This document shows, one piece after another, positions 52,207-64,000 of a stretch of DNA of 64,000 nucleotides (the stretch's first letter is position 1; each line of letters starts with the position of its first letter). The notes under the pieces are model-generated. The model searched no databases. It had not been told where the DNA came from and worked only from the letters and a program-made list of their open reading frames with translations. The DNA is taken from contig JBEWZL010000282.1 of assembly GCA_045837725.1 (NCBI GenBank), positions 186,001-250,000 of the forward strand, written 5' to 3'. Position numbers and translations under genes: made by a program. Source of the DNA: Vermamoeba vermiformis (lineage: Eukaryota).

Positions 52207-55200
52207 ATGGCAACGGCAGGATCTTGGAAGGCGATTCAGCCCAAGCTGAGCGATACAGTGATGAAAATCATTCACGAAAAATTTAAATTTGAAACAATGA
52301 CTCCTGTGCAAGCTGCTACTATCCCAAAATTTTTAGAAAATAAGGATGTCGCTGTCGAGGTAATTATAATGATTATTTAGGGCGTAAAATATTATAAATA
52401 TCGATACGTACTTTCAATCAATTATTTCCAAGCTTTAAATAATATTTTTAAAATCAGATCTTGCGATCCATCCAAGATCGCAAATTAATAATTCGGATCT
52501 CGTCACGTAAATTAAACAATAAAATATCATTAATAAATCTATATTATTTAGGCTCCTACAGGCTCAGGCAAAACATTATCATTCGTCGTGCCCGTGATCG
52601 AACGACTTTTGAAACGTCAAGCAGAAGACGGACCGTTGAAAATGAACGAAGTTGGTGCTCTTATCATTACACCAACTAGGTAATATTAATATACTATACC
52701 TTCGCTATTAACCGAAATTACTAACCAATTTTTCGTCGTGATCCTGATCTGACATTTATTTTTCAGAGAACTCTGGAGCAGATCTCAGAAGTGGCTAAAA
52801 TATTTACCGACGAGACAGGCTTTGGTCTATTACTATTAATAGGAGGCACTGATGTCACTGAGGATGTGAAAGCTTATCGCGAACACGGCGCTAATATTAT
52901 TGTCGCTACACCGGGCAGATTGGACGATTTTACCAACAGAATTAACGACATTAAGTTCAAGACATTAGAAGTGCTTATATTAGACGAGGCTGATAGGTAA
53001 GACAAATGCTCTAATAGATTTATATAATCGGATCCCGATCGCTGCTTAAAATGTTTCAGAAACCTAACTAAAATATTAGGTTGCTTGATATGGGCTTCCA
53101 TATGAAGATTACTACTATCTTGCAACGTCTACCTAAGCAAAGAAGAACAGTACGTACCGACAGATCCGATCGCGAACGAAAATTGCTTTCTGAATATTCT
53201 TTTAGGGCTTATTCTCGGCTACTCAGACCAAAGAAGTATCAGAGCTTATGAAAGCAGGCCTAAGAAACCCTTATAAGATCACTATTAAAGTCGAAGAAAA
53301 AGACACCAACAAAACTCAAACCGTTCCTGCTTCGTACGTGGTCTTTAAATCCGCTCTTATTAGTTACTAATATTACAGTTAACATAGATTAACGAATTAT
53401 TATATGACTGTTGATCCTGACGAGAAGATCCCGCAATTAGTACACTTTTTGAAACAACACAAAGACAAGAAAATTATTTTATTCTGTCTCACTTGCGACT
53501 ACGTCAATTTCATATGGAAGGTAAGTACATATCGTATTTTAATACTAATATAATTATACTAACGTCTCTAATGTAGATCTTGAGAACTATTGACGAATTA
53601 CAATCAATTCCCGTTCTGTCTCTTCACGGAAAAATTCCCCATAACAAACGAACAGGTAATAGCGAGTAAAATAATACCACGGCGATAATAGACTAATTAT
53701 ATTATAGAGGTCTATAAGAAGTTTGTTGAAGTTTCAGCGTCAGTGCTCGTGTCATCTGACGTCGCTGCACGAGGACTTGACATGCCCGACATTGATTGGA
53801 TCGTGCAGTAAGCAATACGATACTATTATACATCATAATGATACTAATGGTACACTTGTCGTAATCTAGACTGGATCCGCCACAAGATCCCGCAGCATTT
53901 GTTCATCGAGTTGGTAGAACAGCACGCATGGGTCGTCAAGGCCACTCTCTCGTGTTTCTAAATAGCAACGAGATCACTTATTTAGGTACGAAATGTAGCT
54001 GTTCCAATTACACTTGATGCTAACATTAGGTGCAGAACTATTGAAGCTGCGACGCGTACCAATCAACGAAATGCCGAAACAGACTGGCGTTGAGAATGTA
54101 CTCACAAAGATCAAGAACGACATTATGAAAGACAGAGAGTACATGGAAAAGGTGCGTGCCAGTGACAGATGGAGTCCATTATTAACACGTATTGACAGAG
54201 CGTCGCTGCTTTTGTCTCATACATCAGCGCGTACAAACAACATCAAGCACACTACATCTTTCAGTTGCGTGACTTGGACTTGGCGAAATTGGCGAATGGC
54301 TTCTGCATGTTGAGAGTAAGTACAAACAACTAAATTGAGGTCCTCCAACGGGTCGGGACCGTGAAAAAGTGGTCCAGCAAAATCAACAAGGCACTCATGG
54401 TCTAGGGGCATGATGTGTGGCATGACACGCTGTCTTTCACTCCCTGTAAAATCAACAAGGCACTCATGGTCTAGGGGCATGATGTCCGCCTGCCACGCGG
54501 GCGACCCGGGTTCGATTCCCGGTGAGTGCATTCTTTTTTTGCCTTTTGACCTTCTTCTCTCCTCGTTCGCCTGTTTGCTGAGGTCTTGTTCCATCTTTCA
54601 TTTTGCCTCCTTTTATGAACACACTTTCTCTTACGTTTATGTTTGAACTTTGTACTCACAAAACAATGACAGATGCCTCGCATGTCCGAGATCAGGAGCG
54701 TACCTGAAGGTTTCGTCGAGTTGCCCCAAGAGAAGATCGACGCTGTGCCCTACAAAGACAAGAAGCGCGAGAAAGCTCGCAAAGAAAAGCTCGCTCAGGC
54801 TAAAATCGAAGAACAACAAAAGAAAGAAGAACGCGAGCGAATGAAGAAAGAGAAGTACGAACAAGATCAAATTAATAGAAAGAGAAATCAAGAGATGAAG
54901 AAACGAAAATTAGAACAATTGTACGACGATGAAGATGACGAGGAAGATATGCGCCGTGAAGCTCGTCTGCTTAAGAAACTGAAGCGCGGTGAGATTACCG
55001 AAGAAGAGTTTGAATTCGCTGTTGGTGAAAAAGATATGGAAGCGGAGTTTGATGGCGAAGGCGATGAACGCGCAGATCCAAAGAACGAAGACGGAAACGA
55101 AGAAGCGAATCCAGAAGATAACATGGAAGAAGACCCTGTCGAAGACAAAGAAGAGGTTAGCAATAACAACGACGGCTCAGGACAAGCCACAAATAAGAAA

Positions 55201-55248
55201 AAGAAGAAAAAGAAAAAGAAGAAGGCCAAGTCGAAGCCAATCATGTAA
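52207..55248 (+). CDS. DDX55: DEAD-box RNA helicase DDX55/Spb4
   Basis: [46 protein letters not shown]-terminal [10 protein letters not shown] and [11 protein letters not shown]. Confidence 0.92.
54391..54416 (+). pseudogene. Truncated 5' fragment of tRNA-Gly (part of a 38-bp direct duplication, 54379-54416 vs 54448-54485)
   Basis: aaaatcaacaaggcactcatggtctaggggcatgatgt occurs twice, 69 bp apart. Confidence 0.85.
54460..54530 (+). tRNA. tRNA-Gly (GCC) inside the last DDX55 intron
   Basis: Identical to the 48114-48184 copy; followed by a T-run Pol III terminator. Confidence 0.95.
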
Positions 55249-55409
55249 AAATAAAACATGCGGATCTAATATTAACAAAATTAGTTTATTGTTGTAACAA
55301 AAGGGGTTTTAATATTGTTTTCCTGTTATTCGCATTCGATGAAGGAATAACAAAAGGTTTTGTATCGCCACAAATACTTGCGCAAGAAAATTTGAATCCA
55401 GATCTGATC

Positions 55410-58400
55410 TTAGTTCTTCTTTTCGCGCACTTGGTTGACATAACGCAAAGTGCGGTTTCCGAAGAAGATCAAAGGCATAGCCAAAGCAGCAGCGTAGTAG
55501 AGAGCTTGGAACATGTTCAAAGCCAACCAGTATTGGAACAACAAGGCCAACATCAAACCAAAAGTGACTTGGAATCCAACGGCGGGCAAGAAAGCAGCAC
55601 CAGTGGGGAAGTCACGAATGTTAGCACCGACAGTCAAGAGCTGCATATACAAATAAATTAGTTCACTTGTAAGCATTAGCGAGCTTGAAAAGGAATTCGG
55701 TTTTTTTTTTTTTTCGGATCGAATCTGGTTACTTACACCAATGAGAAGGAAGGCGAGAGGAGCCAAAGTCAAACCAGTGAAGAGGGTTGACAAAGTGGCA
55801 GGAGGACGCTTCTCAGGGGTAGCAAAGACGTGTTGAATCTCGGGCAAGAGAGTGGAGGTGGAAGCAGATTTGGGCTTGGCAGATCCAACCTCGACATTGA
55901 CGTTAGCGGCGTGCAACACGATGGCATTCTCGGCGAAGGGATCACCCAAGACAAGTTCGAGCTTGTATTGACCCTTGATGAACAAGTGGGCAGTCTTGTC
56001 AAAGTTCTGTTACAAGTAAGATTTTGTTAGTCAAAGTGACCGTTACGAAGTTGCCAGATCGAGCTTAAAAAATTGAATTGAATTGTCTCAGCAACACTTC
56101 TCGACTACTTACCACGCTCCATTTGTAAGCCTTGGACTTGGCGTCGTATTTGCCAACAAAAGTAACGGCATCTGCGTTCTCTTCCTTAGGGATCAACTTC
56201 AAGTGAGCTTGCTTGACTTGGATCGAGCCAGCATCAGCGCGGAGAGCAGCAACGAAGTGCAAGTTGGTTTGACCAGCGGCGACGGAGACTGAAGGGGCAG
56301 CAGTCTTGCCAGTAGGGTCAACAGCAATGCGGCGCGTGTTGGCGGATTTGTCGTCAACTTCAGAACTGTCGCTCAAATGGGCCTCAACGGATTGCAAAGC
56401 AATCTTGGTGGCAACACGAACGACGCGCTTGGTGGAAGTAGTCGATTGGTAGTCCTTGCTAGGAGCAGTAACGCTCAAGTCCAAAGTGTAAGCACCAGCA
56501 TCCGGCTTAGATGCGAGCAAGTTATAAGCAAAAGTAGCGTCAGCGGACTCAGTCAACTTGACGTTAGTGGCAACAGCTTCCTTCTTAGCGGGAGTCGAGG
56601 CCTTGTTGATTTGAACGGCAGCCTTGGAGACGGGGTGGCCGAACAGATCAGTAACGCGGAGCTAATGAGGCAAAAAATGGTTAGAATAATATTCTATTAC
56701 GATATAATAGTGTTAATATTTAATTTTGATTTTAAAATGTAATTCATTGCTCAAGTATAATATGTTGAGCAAGATCCGTTTTGTAAGGATTTATAAGATC
56801 GGTTATAAGTAGTGTAAATGCTTTAATTATGAACTTACCTTGACTTCGCCGTTCTTCTCAGACAACGTAGAGGTACCTTCAACGACAGAGACCACGAGAG
56901 GTTGAGGTCTAACGCTAGCAACAGCATTCAAGCCGAGAACGAGAGCTTGACCTTCGCTAACAGTGCCGACGTTCTTGTGTTGCACGAGGTACTCAGCGAT
57001 GTTCGAGACGTGAGCCTAGAATCACATATTAATAAAACAACTCTAAAATCGGATCCAGTACGCGAAAAAAATTAAAATAAAATTAAGTTCATTTTTTGAG
57101 CCTTTAAGGAGCTCAATTAATATTTAAGTATTGATCAGTCATGAATAGTCCACCTTTACATCTTCGGAACGAGGAATTCATTTTCATCATTTCAATATTA
57201 TTGATTCGTATAATTATTCTCATGCTTATTGTACTTACGTCAGTGACTTCCTTGACACCCTTGTCCTTGCGAACAACGTTGGTGTATGAAGAAACACCAT
57301 CAATGAGAGTAGCAGTGGTTCTCAAGGGAGAAACAGATCCGTCCTAAAAAGAATTGAGTTAGCACTAAGATACTGTAAAATAGCATATAATCCATATGTT
57401 CTCGTAAACGCATATGCCTTTGAGTAAAATAGCCGAATAATATTATTAAATTATGCAAGCACAAAGAGAATTAAGCTGGTGATTTGTAACGGCTTGGATA
57501 ACCCTTCAATATTGCCTAATGTGGCTATAGTAATACTTACAACGTGCTTGAAGACCAAACCAGTGCCTTCGACTTGATCACCGCTCTTCATGGTAGCACC
57601 AATGCGAGATGCGACACCGTCGATCTTGGTACGTTCGCTCTCGTCAGCGTGCTTGAACAAGCTAGACAAAGTCTTCAAAGCAAGACCAGTCCAGTAGGCT
57701 GATCCTTCATCACTGTCGGCGTTCAACTTGAACAAACCTTCCTTCTCATTCAACAAGTTGAGCAAGTTACCCAATCCAGCCAAAGCCTTCTTAGAATCAA
57801 CGGTGGTGTGGCCCTAATGGCGTAAAAATATTTTAAAATTTATTATAGGCAAATAAAATACTGCGGATACGATTTGTAATAACGAACTTGTGATCGAGCA
57901 GCAGATTTCAAAAAAAGTTCATTAAGCACGCTTTAAATGCAGTACTTACGTTAGCTTGCAAAGCTTCCCAAGTAGCAACAGCGCGGTAGAAGTCAACAAC
58001 GTTATCGCCGCTCAAACCAGCGCTGATCTTCTTTGTCACGTCATCGGAGACTTTCTCGCCACATTTAAGTGCTTCCAAAACAGCAACAGCGTGATAGATT
58101 GACTCCAAATCACCGTTGAGGGCTGTGTATAATACAAATAAATAAGTATTGATTGTATGTGATGACAAGGCGAATCTGAAAAATTTTTGTTGCGAGATGA
58201 AAATAAATATCTCGATACAATACGCATCATCCACGCATTTGCAGCAAAATATTATCATAGGTGCTAGATATAGTGTTATTGTACTAATTTCCTAGCGCTA
58301 AGATACTACGCCAAAATTATTTTTGAATCTATTATTATTTTCCTTCTTCGCAACGAATAACTGCTGTTAATATTCTCCATGCGTGTAATCCATCACAGAT

Positions 58401-58681
58401 ACAATTAATAAATAATTTTGATATTATTACTCACCAGTCTTGGCGTAAGAACAAACAGAAGCTTGATTCGGGATGGTAGCCTTCAATTGTTGCAAGGCAG
58501 CAACAGCATCGTGAGTATCCTTAATCTTGCCGTTGAATGAACCATCCTTAGATTGAGCCTTGTTAATCAGTTGCTGTAAAGCTGCTGAGTCAGAGGATGA
58601 GAAAAAATCTGAGACTGCAGCCAAGCCAGAGAGGGCCAATACGCCCAATAATAATATAGACAGCAAGGTCGATGACCTCAT
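55410..58681 (-). CDS. RPN2: Oligosaccharyltransferase subunit ribophorin II (Swp1)
   Basis: Signal peptide; GQYKLELVLGD, LPEIQHVFATPEKRPP; three C-terminal TMs with YWLALNMFQ and FGNRTL. Confidence 0.9.
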
Positions 58682-58880
58682 TTCTGTGGCTTATCTAAAA
58701 ATAACAAAACAACAACACAGGCTCCGTCCAACAAGCCATAAAAAATATCTAGGTTTGGTCAACGTTTGGTCAAAGCCAAAGTAACCAACCGGATGTAGCT
58801 TCAGTTACAGCAAATTAAGTTTATTTACATGATAGTTTGAGTATATTATCTTAAAGGAACGGTATTAAGCTCAATTACAT

Positions 58881-59666
58881 CTATTCGCCGAGTTGTTCCT
58901 TCATCTGAGCAATTTTCTTCTTCTTGTCTTCCAGATCGACCGGCTTCTTGGCAAGGTGACCCTTGTTGGCTTGATAATACAAAACTGTCAAATATCTGCA
59001 AATAATTGCGTTAGTAACTCTGCTAATAGCACAAACTAATTTCAAAGGCTTACGGTGTTACGCGTGATCGCGATCTCACCATGAATGATTCTAAATAGTA
59101 AAATGAGCTTACCTTCCCATAACGTTGAAGCCAGACAAATGATCTACTGCGTTTTTAGCGTCAAAAATGTCTTCGTACACGACAAATGCTGTGCCTTTTG
59201 TTTCTGGCTTCGTGCCGCTAGATTGAGTAATCGTTAGCATCAATATTTAGCATTATTAAATATCATACACGTGTGTAATGATTTTGGTATAGTTATTAAG
59301 CCTATTATGAATGAGATAAGAGCACTTACATCCTGATTTGACGGATGGCACCGTAGCGACCAAAGACGTCGTACATTTCGTCTGAAGAAATTTTGTAAGG
59401 CAAGTTCTTGACATATAAGATACGATTAACGTCCTTCGGCAATTTTGTCTGTTAGAATAAGGTTAAGGAAAAAATAATAATTATTGGTAATTGTAAAATA
59501 ATTATTCTGTTGCCAGCATTAAAATAGGCATTATCAATATGATACAGCACTATAATTATTAATAAAAGCATTATTATTGCTGATTAATGCGTCGATTATG
59601 AATTGGATCGTTGAATGGTTGTTTTGTTGAAAAGGATACTGCCGCTCTCTTTGATGCCAAAGCCAT
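58881..59666 (-). CDS. SF3B6: Splicing factor 3B subunit 6 (p14 branch-site protein)
   Basis: [62 protein letters not shown]. Confidence 0.95.
59449..59639 (-). other. U12-type intron 1 of SF3B6
   Basis: 5' site GTATCCTTTT and consensus branch TTCCTTAAC 13 nt before the 3' end; phase 0, KRAA|TKLP. Confidence 0.92.
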
Positions 59667-59895
59667 TATTATAATATACAAAAGGTGAGTAGTGTTACAC
59701 TAGGCTCAAAGAAATACAATAAAGCCCGAGTTTGAAACAGACAAGAAAAGTTTGCTGCAGAATTTTTCAGGGCAGCTGAACTCTTCAATTTAATAGCAAA
59801 GTATGACGCCAAGAAGGCTTTTGTATTAGATTATGCATAATATTGAGGGTTTAGGAAACAGGGAGGTAATTTACTTTCAGATCAAGTACAACCAC

Positions 59896-62800
59896 TTAGT
59901 AGGAAACAGTAAAAGTGCGAGAAGTGCCGTGGAACGGTGTAATGGTGCCCCAAAGGCTTCTGGAGTCACCAAAGTGTTGAATTCTGTAAGTGCCAGGGAC
60001 CACGTCCTTTAAAAAAGAAACAAATCAGTCAGAACCAGATCCCGCGAGACAGTGACTTGTAATGAACTTACAGGACCAATCTCCCAGTAGATAGTGGCAA
60101 GGGACTCAGTGATGTATCTGCGAGTCCAGCGGTACTTGGTGTCCCAGCTACCATCAGTACGGATAATCGTCCAGCTGAGAAAAATAGCGTTAGATCCGGC
60201 ACTTCAATGCGAGCCGTGTTTTACTCACGTGTTGTCAGAGTTGAGTTTCTCGACGGTCAAGAAAGTGTCTTCAGTCTTAAAGTTGTTTCTAGGACTGCCA
60301 GTGTAGAACACGACTTCAACAGTCTCGCCAATCTTGTAGCTGGGCTTGGCGTCAGTAAACACAGTGCCGAATGGTCCAGTGTCGAGTTCAACACCAGGTT
60401 GGAGCGAGAACTACATTGAAAGTCAGAAGTGAAGGGAGTTGTGGACAGGTATTCAAAAAAAAAAAAAAAAATAAAAAAATAAGAAAATGACGTGGAATTA
60501 CGTGTTATTGTACTTACAGTAGATTGGCTCAAGTCTTCAGGAGCGACGCCGAAAGGCGTGGGAGCACCAGTGGCAATGTCTTTGGCCAACTTGCTGAACT
60601 CTTGTTGATAGGCTAAACGAGATAAGTGAGCGAAGCTTCACAATAGTACGAGTATAAGTAAGTAACGTACCGGCAAGAGTCCAGGGGCCGAAAATAGTTG
60701 AGGCACCTTCGTAGCGTTGGGCGGCTGTTGAAAAGCGGGTTAGAAAGAACAATTGATTGAATGTATAGAACTTACTGTATTCTTCAGCAGTGGCAATGTA
60801 GTGCGAGTATTGGTTGCTCAAACCAGCAATCACAACAATCGTGTTGTCATCGGCAGCACCGTTTTGCTTCAATGCGTTCAAGACACTGGCCTAAACAATG
60901 AAAGGTTAGCTATGGAGTACTAATAGTAGGACACGAGGCACGTACTCTCAATCTACGGCCAGACATAGTAGTGAACTCTCCGGGCACACCAATGATGTAG
61001 AAGTTGCCCAAGCGGAACAATTGAATGGGCATGATACCAGGACTCCAACGAGAAGGCCAAGTCATACCTCCGACGTACAAAAGAATGGGCTTGGGGTGAT
61101 GGCATTTGACCTGTCAAAGTGAGGTTAGAGAGATATTGTTTTGACACGTGACAATATAGATGGTGCGTACTTGATCAGCAGGAGGGTCAGCGAGCACGTG
61201 ACTAGCGAGCCAGTTCCAGTAAGGATTGACCTTGGAGCTGTTGGTGCCTTGAACGAAGTCGAAGTCACCAGGGCCGTCAGTAGTACCGCCAGCAAACGAG
61301 TCACCGAGAGCAGCGACGCAAGTACTGACGTTAGCTTGTTGACCAGAGTACTCGGGGGTCACAGTGATGTGTTCCATGTCGAGGAAAGTGTGGCGGAAGT
61401 CAACGGGACCCTTTAAAGCAGCTGAATACAAATAAGTTAGGCAACATTGAAAATGAAACATGACGTGACGTACTCGAAGCTGATTGGTAGAGTTCATAAG
61501 CCTTCTTGAATTGGTTGGTACCAATTATTTCTAATAAAGTCAGTAAACTTTTGTCATGACTGAACATTCATTTCTTACTAGTGCTCTCGAATCTAAAGGA
61601 GAATACGTTAGAACTGTAGCAATCAAACATGACTAGAATGACTTACTCGTCGCGACCAGGTCCGTAGCCGTGGCAACCTTGAGAGGTACCACCGCAAGTA
61701 GAATGAGCGTACTAATAGGGTCGTTAGTGTGATCAAGAGGCACGTGTCTAACTTACATCGCAAGGCATGCCGTTGTCGCAAAAAGCACCGCGAGTGTTGG
61801 GCGAGACATCACCTTCGTTGCTTTGAGCCACAGCGCCGACCCAATTGCCCATACCAGGCAAAGTGCCATTGGGATTCATCTTTTCTTCCCAGAGCATTGA
61901 CGCGTAGCCCTTGTTATCACCGCTGACCTGCGACGAAAAGTCAGTCGACATGTCACAACTATGACATTTTGACACTTACAAATCCATTCGTGTTGCTCAT
62001 TGAGGTACCGTGGACGGAGAACCAAGCAATGGCACCGAGATCTAACGCATGATATTAGTAGTGTTCCAATAATAAAACTGCGGTGGTCTGTCAATCTTAC
62101 CAGTGTTGTCAGCACTGACGAACTTAAGCAAAGTGATGGCCTTGTCAGTGTTGCCAATCTTTGACCATTGTTGTCTTTCGCTCTCAGGATTCAATTCGTA
62201 AGCAGAAGGAGAACGGCTAAGAAGGGATTCGTAAGTACACAGACAAAAGTTTTGTGTGCACGTGACTTCTCGGAGTTGTACAAACGTATCTTGGAGTATT
62301 AACGAAAGGAGTACATACTTGATGTTAGTGAGGGCAGTCATGACGTCAGTGTTGACGATGACACGACCGACTTGAAGTCTCTCGTGAGCGCGTTGAATGG
62401 CGTTAACAATGCCATTAACGATGACTTCAAAGTTCTCATTGTGGAAGCCCCAAGTTGTGACGTCGTAAAGAGGGTACCTGTCATATAATATTAATGAGTT
62501 TCATAATATATAAGGCGATAGAACGTCGTTTGAATGCCGATAGATCAAGAAGCTAAAAAAAGTAAAGATGGAAATATTTTTAGATTTAATGTGTAGCGTC
62601 ATTAATCAAATAATTTTGGGAACTATAATCGTACCAGTTGTATCCACCAGGTCCATCGTGAGTGTGAGTGGCGCTAATCATGACATTCTCGATCGTGTAG
62701 GTGTTGCCGTAGATATGCTCTATTGGGATTGATTAGAATTTAAATATTATGCTAAGTGATACGCGTACTCAATCGCTCTACTACGGTAAGCTTGACTGAA

Positions 62801-63346
62801 TCAGGAGTGAAGCACAGATCTGCTGAGACGAACGCGACTCTTTGTTGAGTAAGACTGTGACATTTTAAAGTAAATAATATGCCCCTTGATTGCACGAATA
62901 TGTTGCAAGTACTTACCGATCAACAACGATGTAAGCACGAGCGCGAAGACGGAAATGAAGGCCATAACCAATTTGGTTCAGCATCTGTCAAGGAAATTTT
63001 TTAATTACGGCCAATTACTTGATAATAATATTGGACTTACAGCATAGCCCATGAAACCGACTAAGTAGTGATAAAAATCATGTTAGTATCTTTTTTAGTA
63101 ATAAATCGTATAAAAGCGGATCTCGAATAAATTGTTTTTCATTTATGCCCTATTCATTATACTGTATTTACCTTCGGCTACAGGGCCAGTAATATCGTAA
63201 ATTCCTGCACCAACGAGAAACGGATTTGAATTCAAATCATCGTCAGTTTTAGTGGAGCGTTTAGCGGCATTAATTAAGCCTGATATGCATACTAATGCAA
63301 ATAAAATATATAGAGGCCTCTTAAATGGCCGGTGAGCAGTTGCCAT
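59896..63346 (-). CDS. Neutral/alkaline non-lysosomal ceramidase (ASAH2-like)
   Basis: VGAGIYDITGP, GFMGYA, RLRARA, SATHTHDGP, NRSPSAY, SGDNKG, AGGTTDGPG, VPGEFTTMSGRR, QRYEGAST, GTYRIQHFG. Confidence 0.95.
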
Positions 63347-63541
63347 TGTGATCTGTCAGATAGGACAAATGAGTGAACATTGAGGACGGGCCGCCTTATA
63401 ATTTTATGCTGTTTTATAATTAAAAATATTACTTACCCTTGTGTAAGGTATATAAAGATACAAATTATTAGTCAAGACAAAGAGGAAAAGATTTTGAGTC
63501 CCAAGTAGTGGACATTTCGAAGCCATTTTCAAACAGCAACA

Positions 63542-64000
63542 ATGTTAGCGAGAATTCAATACAAAACTCTACTTAACACTACTAATGTGCTAGTTACTAG
63601 ACTGGTCAAGCGAAGATACAGCATAGAAGACAGTATTTTTGAGGATGCGAAGAGATCAGATCATTCAATTTCATCCAGGACGGCTTCCTGGCTCGAAAAA
63701 GGCTTGAAATTCGAGAATATAGGACAGGGAGTTAGTAAATTATCGTTTGCACGAGATGAAGCGAAGAATGCGCTCTCTACGCCTGTTGTGAGTGCTTTAC
63801 TCGAGGCATTAAGACTGCTAGCAGAAAAAAATGAAGAAAAATCAGAAGACGCGCCCAAAGTTGTCATATTATCGGGAGAAGGTATTTAATTTCCTCGTAA
63901 AATGTTGCAAATTGAAAAAATATTTTCAGATCTGAGCATTTACGAATATTTTGATATTTAGGTACTTATTTCTCAGCTGGAGGTGATATTTCAGAGTTAC
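63542..64000 (+). CDS. Enoyl-CoA hydratase/isomerase (crotonase) family, 5' part, probably mitochondrial
   Basis: Arg-rich presequence-like N-terminus; SFARDEAKNALS...VVILSGE|GTYFSAGGDI. Confidence 0.85.

Noticed and set aside
44706-58681. MOGS and RPN2 as an N-glycosylation gene cluster
   Set aside because: Separated by three unrelated genes; chance proximity is sufficient
1-64000. Prokaryotic systems (CRISPR arrays, operons, defence islands) or an alternative genetic code
   Set aside because: No repeat-spacer arrays; genes are spliceosomal, and in-frame stops are explained by introns under the standard code

Overview
AT-rich, intron-dense eukaryotic nuclear DNA; the gene set and splice signals suggest an amoebozoan-like protist (inference). 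I spliced about 28 protein-coding genes by hand. Recognisable housekeeping genes are TTC1, RUS1, PA2G4, ZUP1, a DCN1-like gene, MOGS, PTH2, DDX55, RPN2, SF3B6, a neutral ceramidase and a crotonase-family gene. There are also two identical tRNA-Gly(GCC) genes. The main points of interest are: (1) a local five-gene family of small proteins combining an almost invariant KRKAPETLLEFS(D/E)Y motif with a stand-alone lambda-repressor-like HTH (CUT/HNF1/MuB-like), four of them in an unusually gene-poor 11 kb block; (2) unusual small-GTPase signalling architectures, namely a multi-pass membrane Sec7-PH ARF-GEF, a signal-peptide/TM RasGAP and a zinc-ribbon Ras/Rap; (3) two clear U12 (minor spliceosome) introns; (4) an inverted duplication that carried a tRNA plus a DDX55 exon. 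Gene models and family calls come from reading the sequence and recalled motifs; no database search was run.
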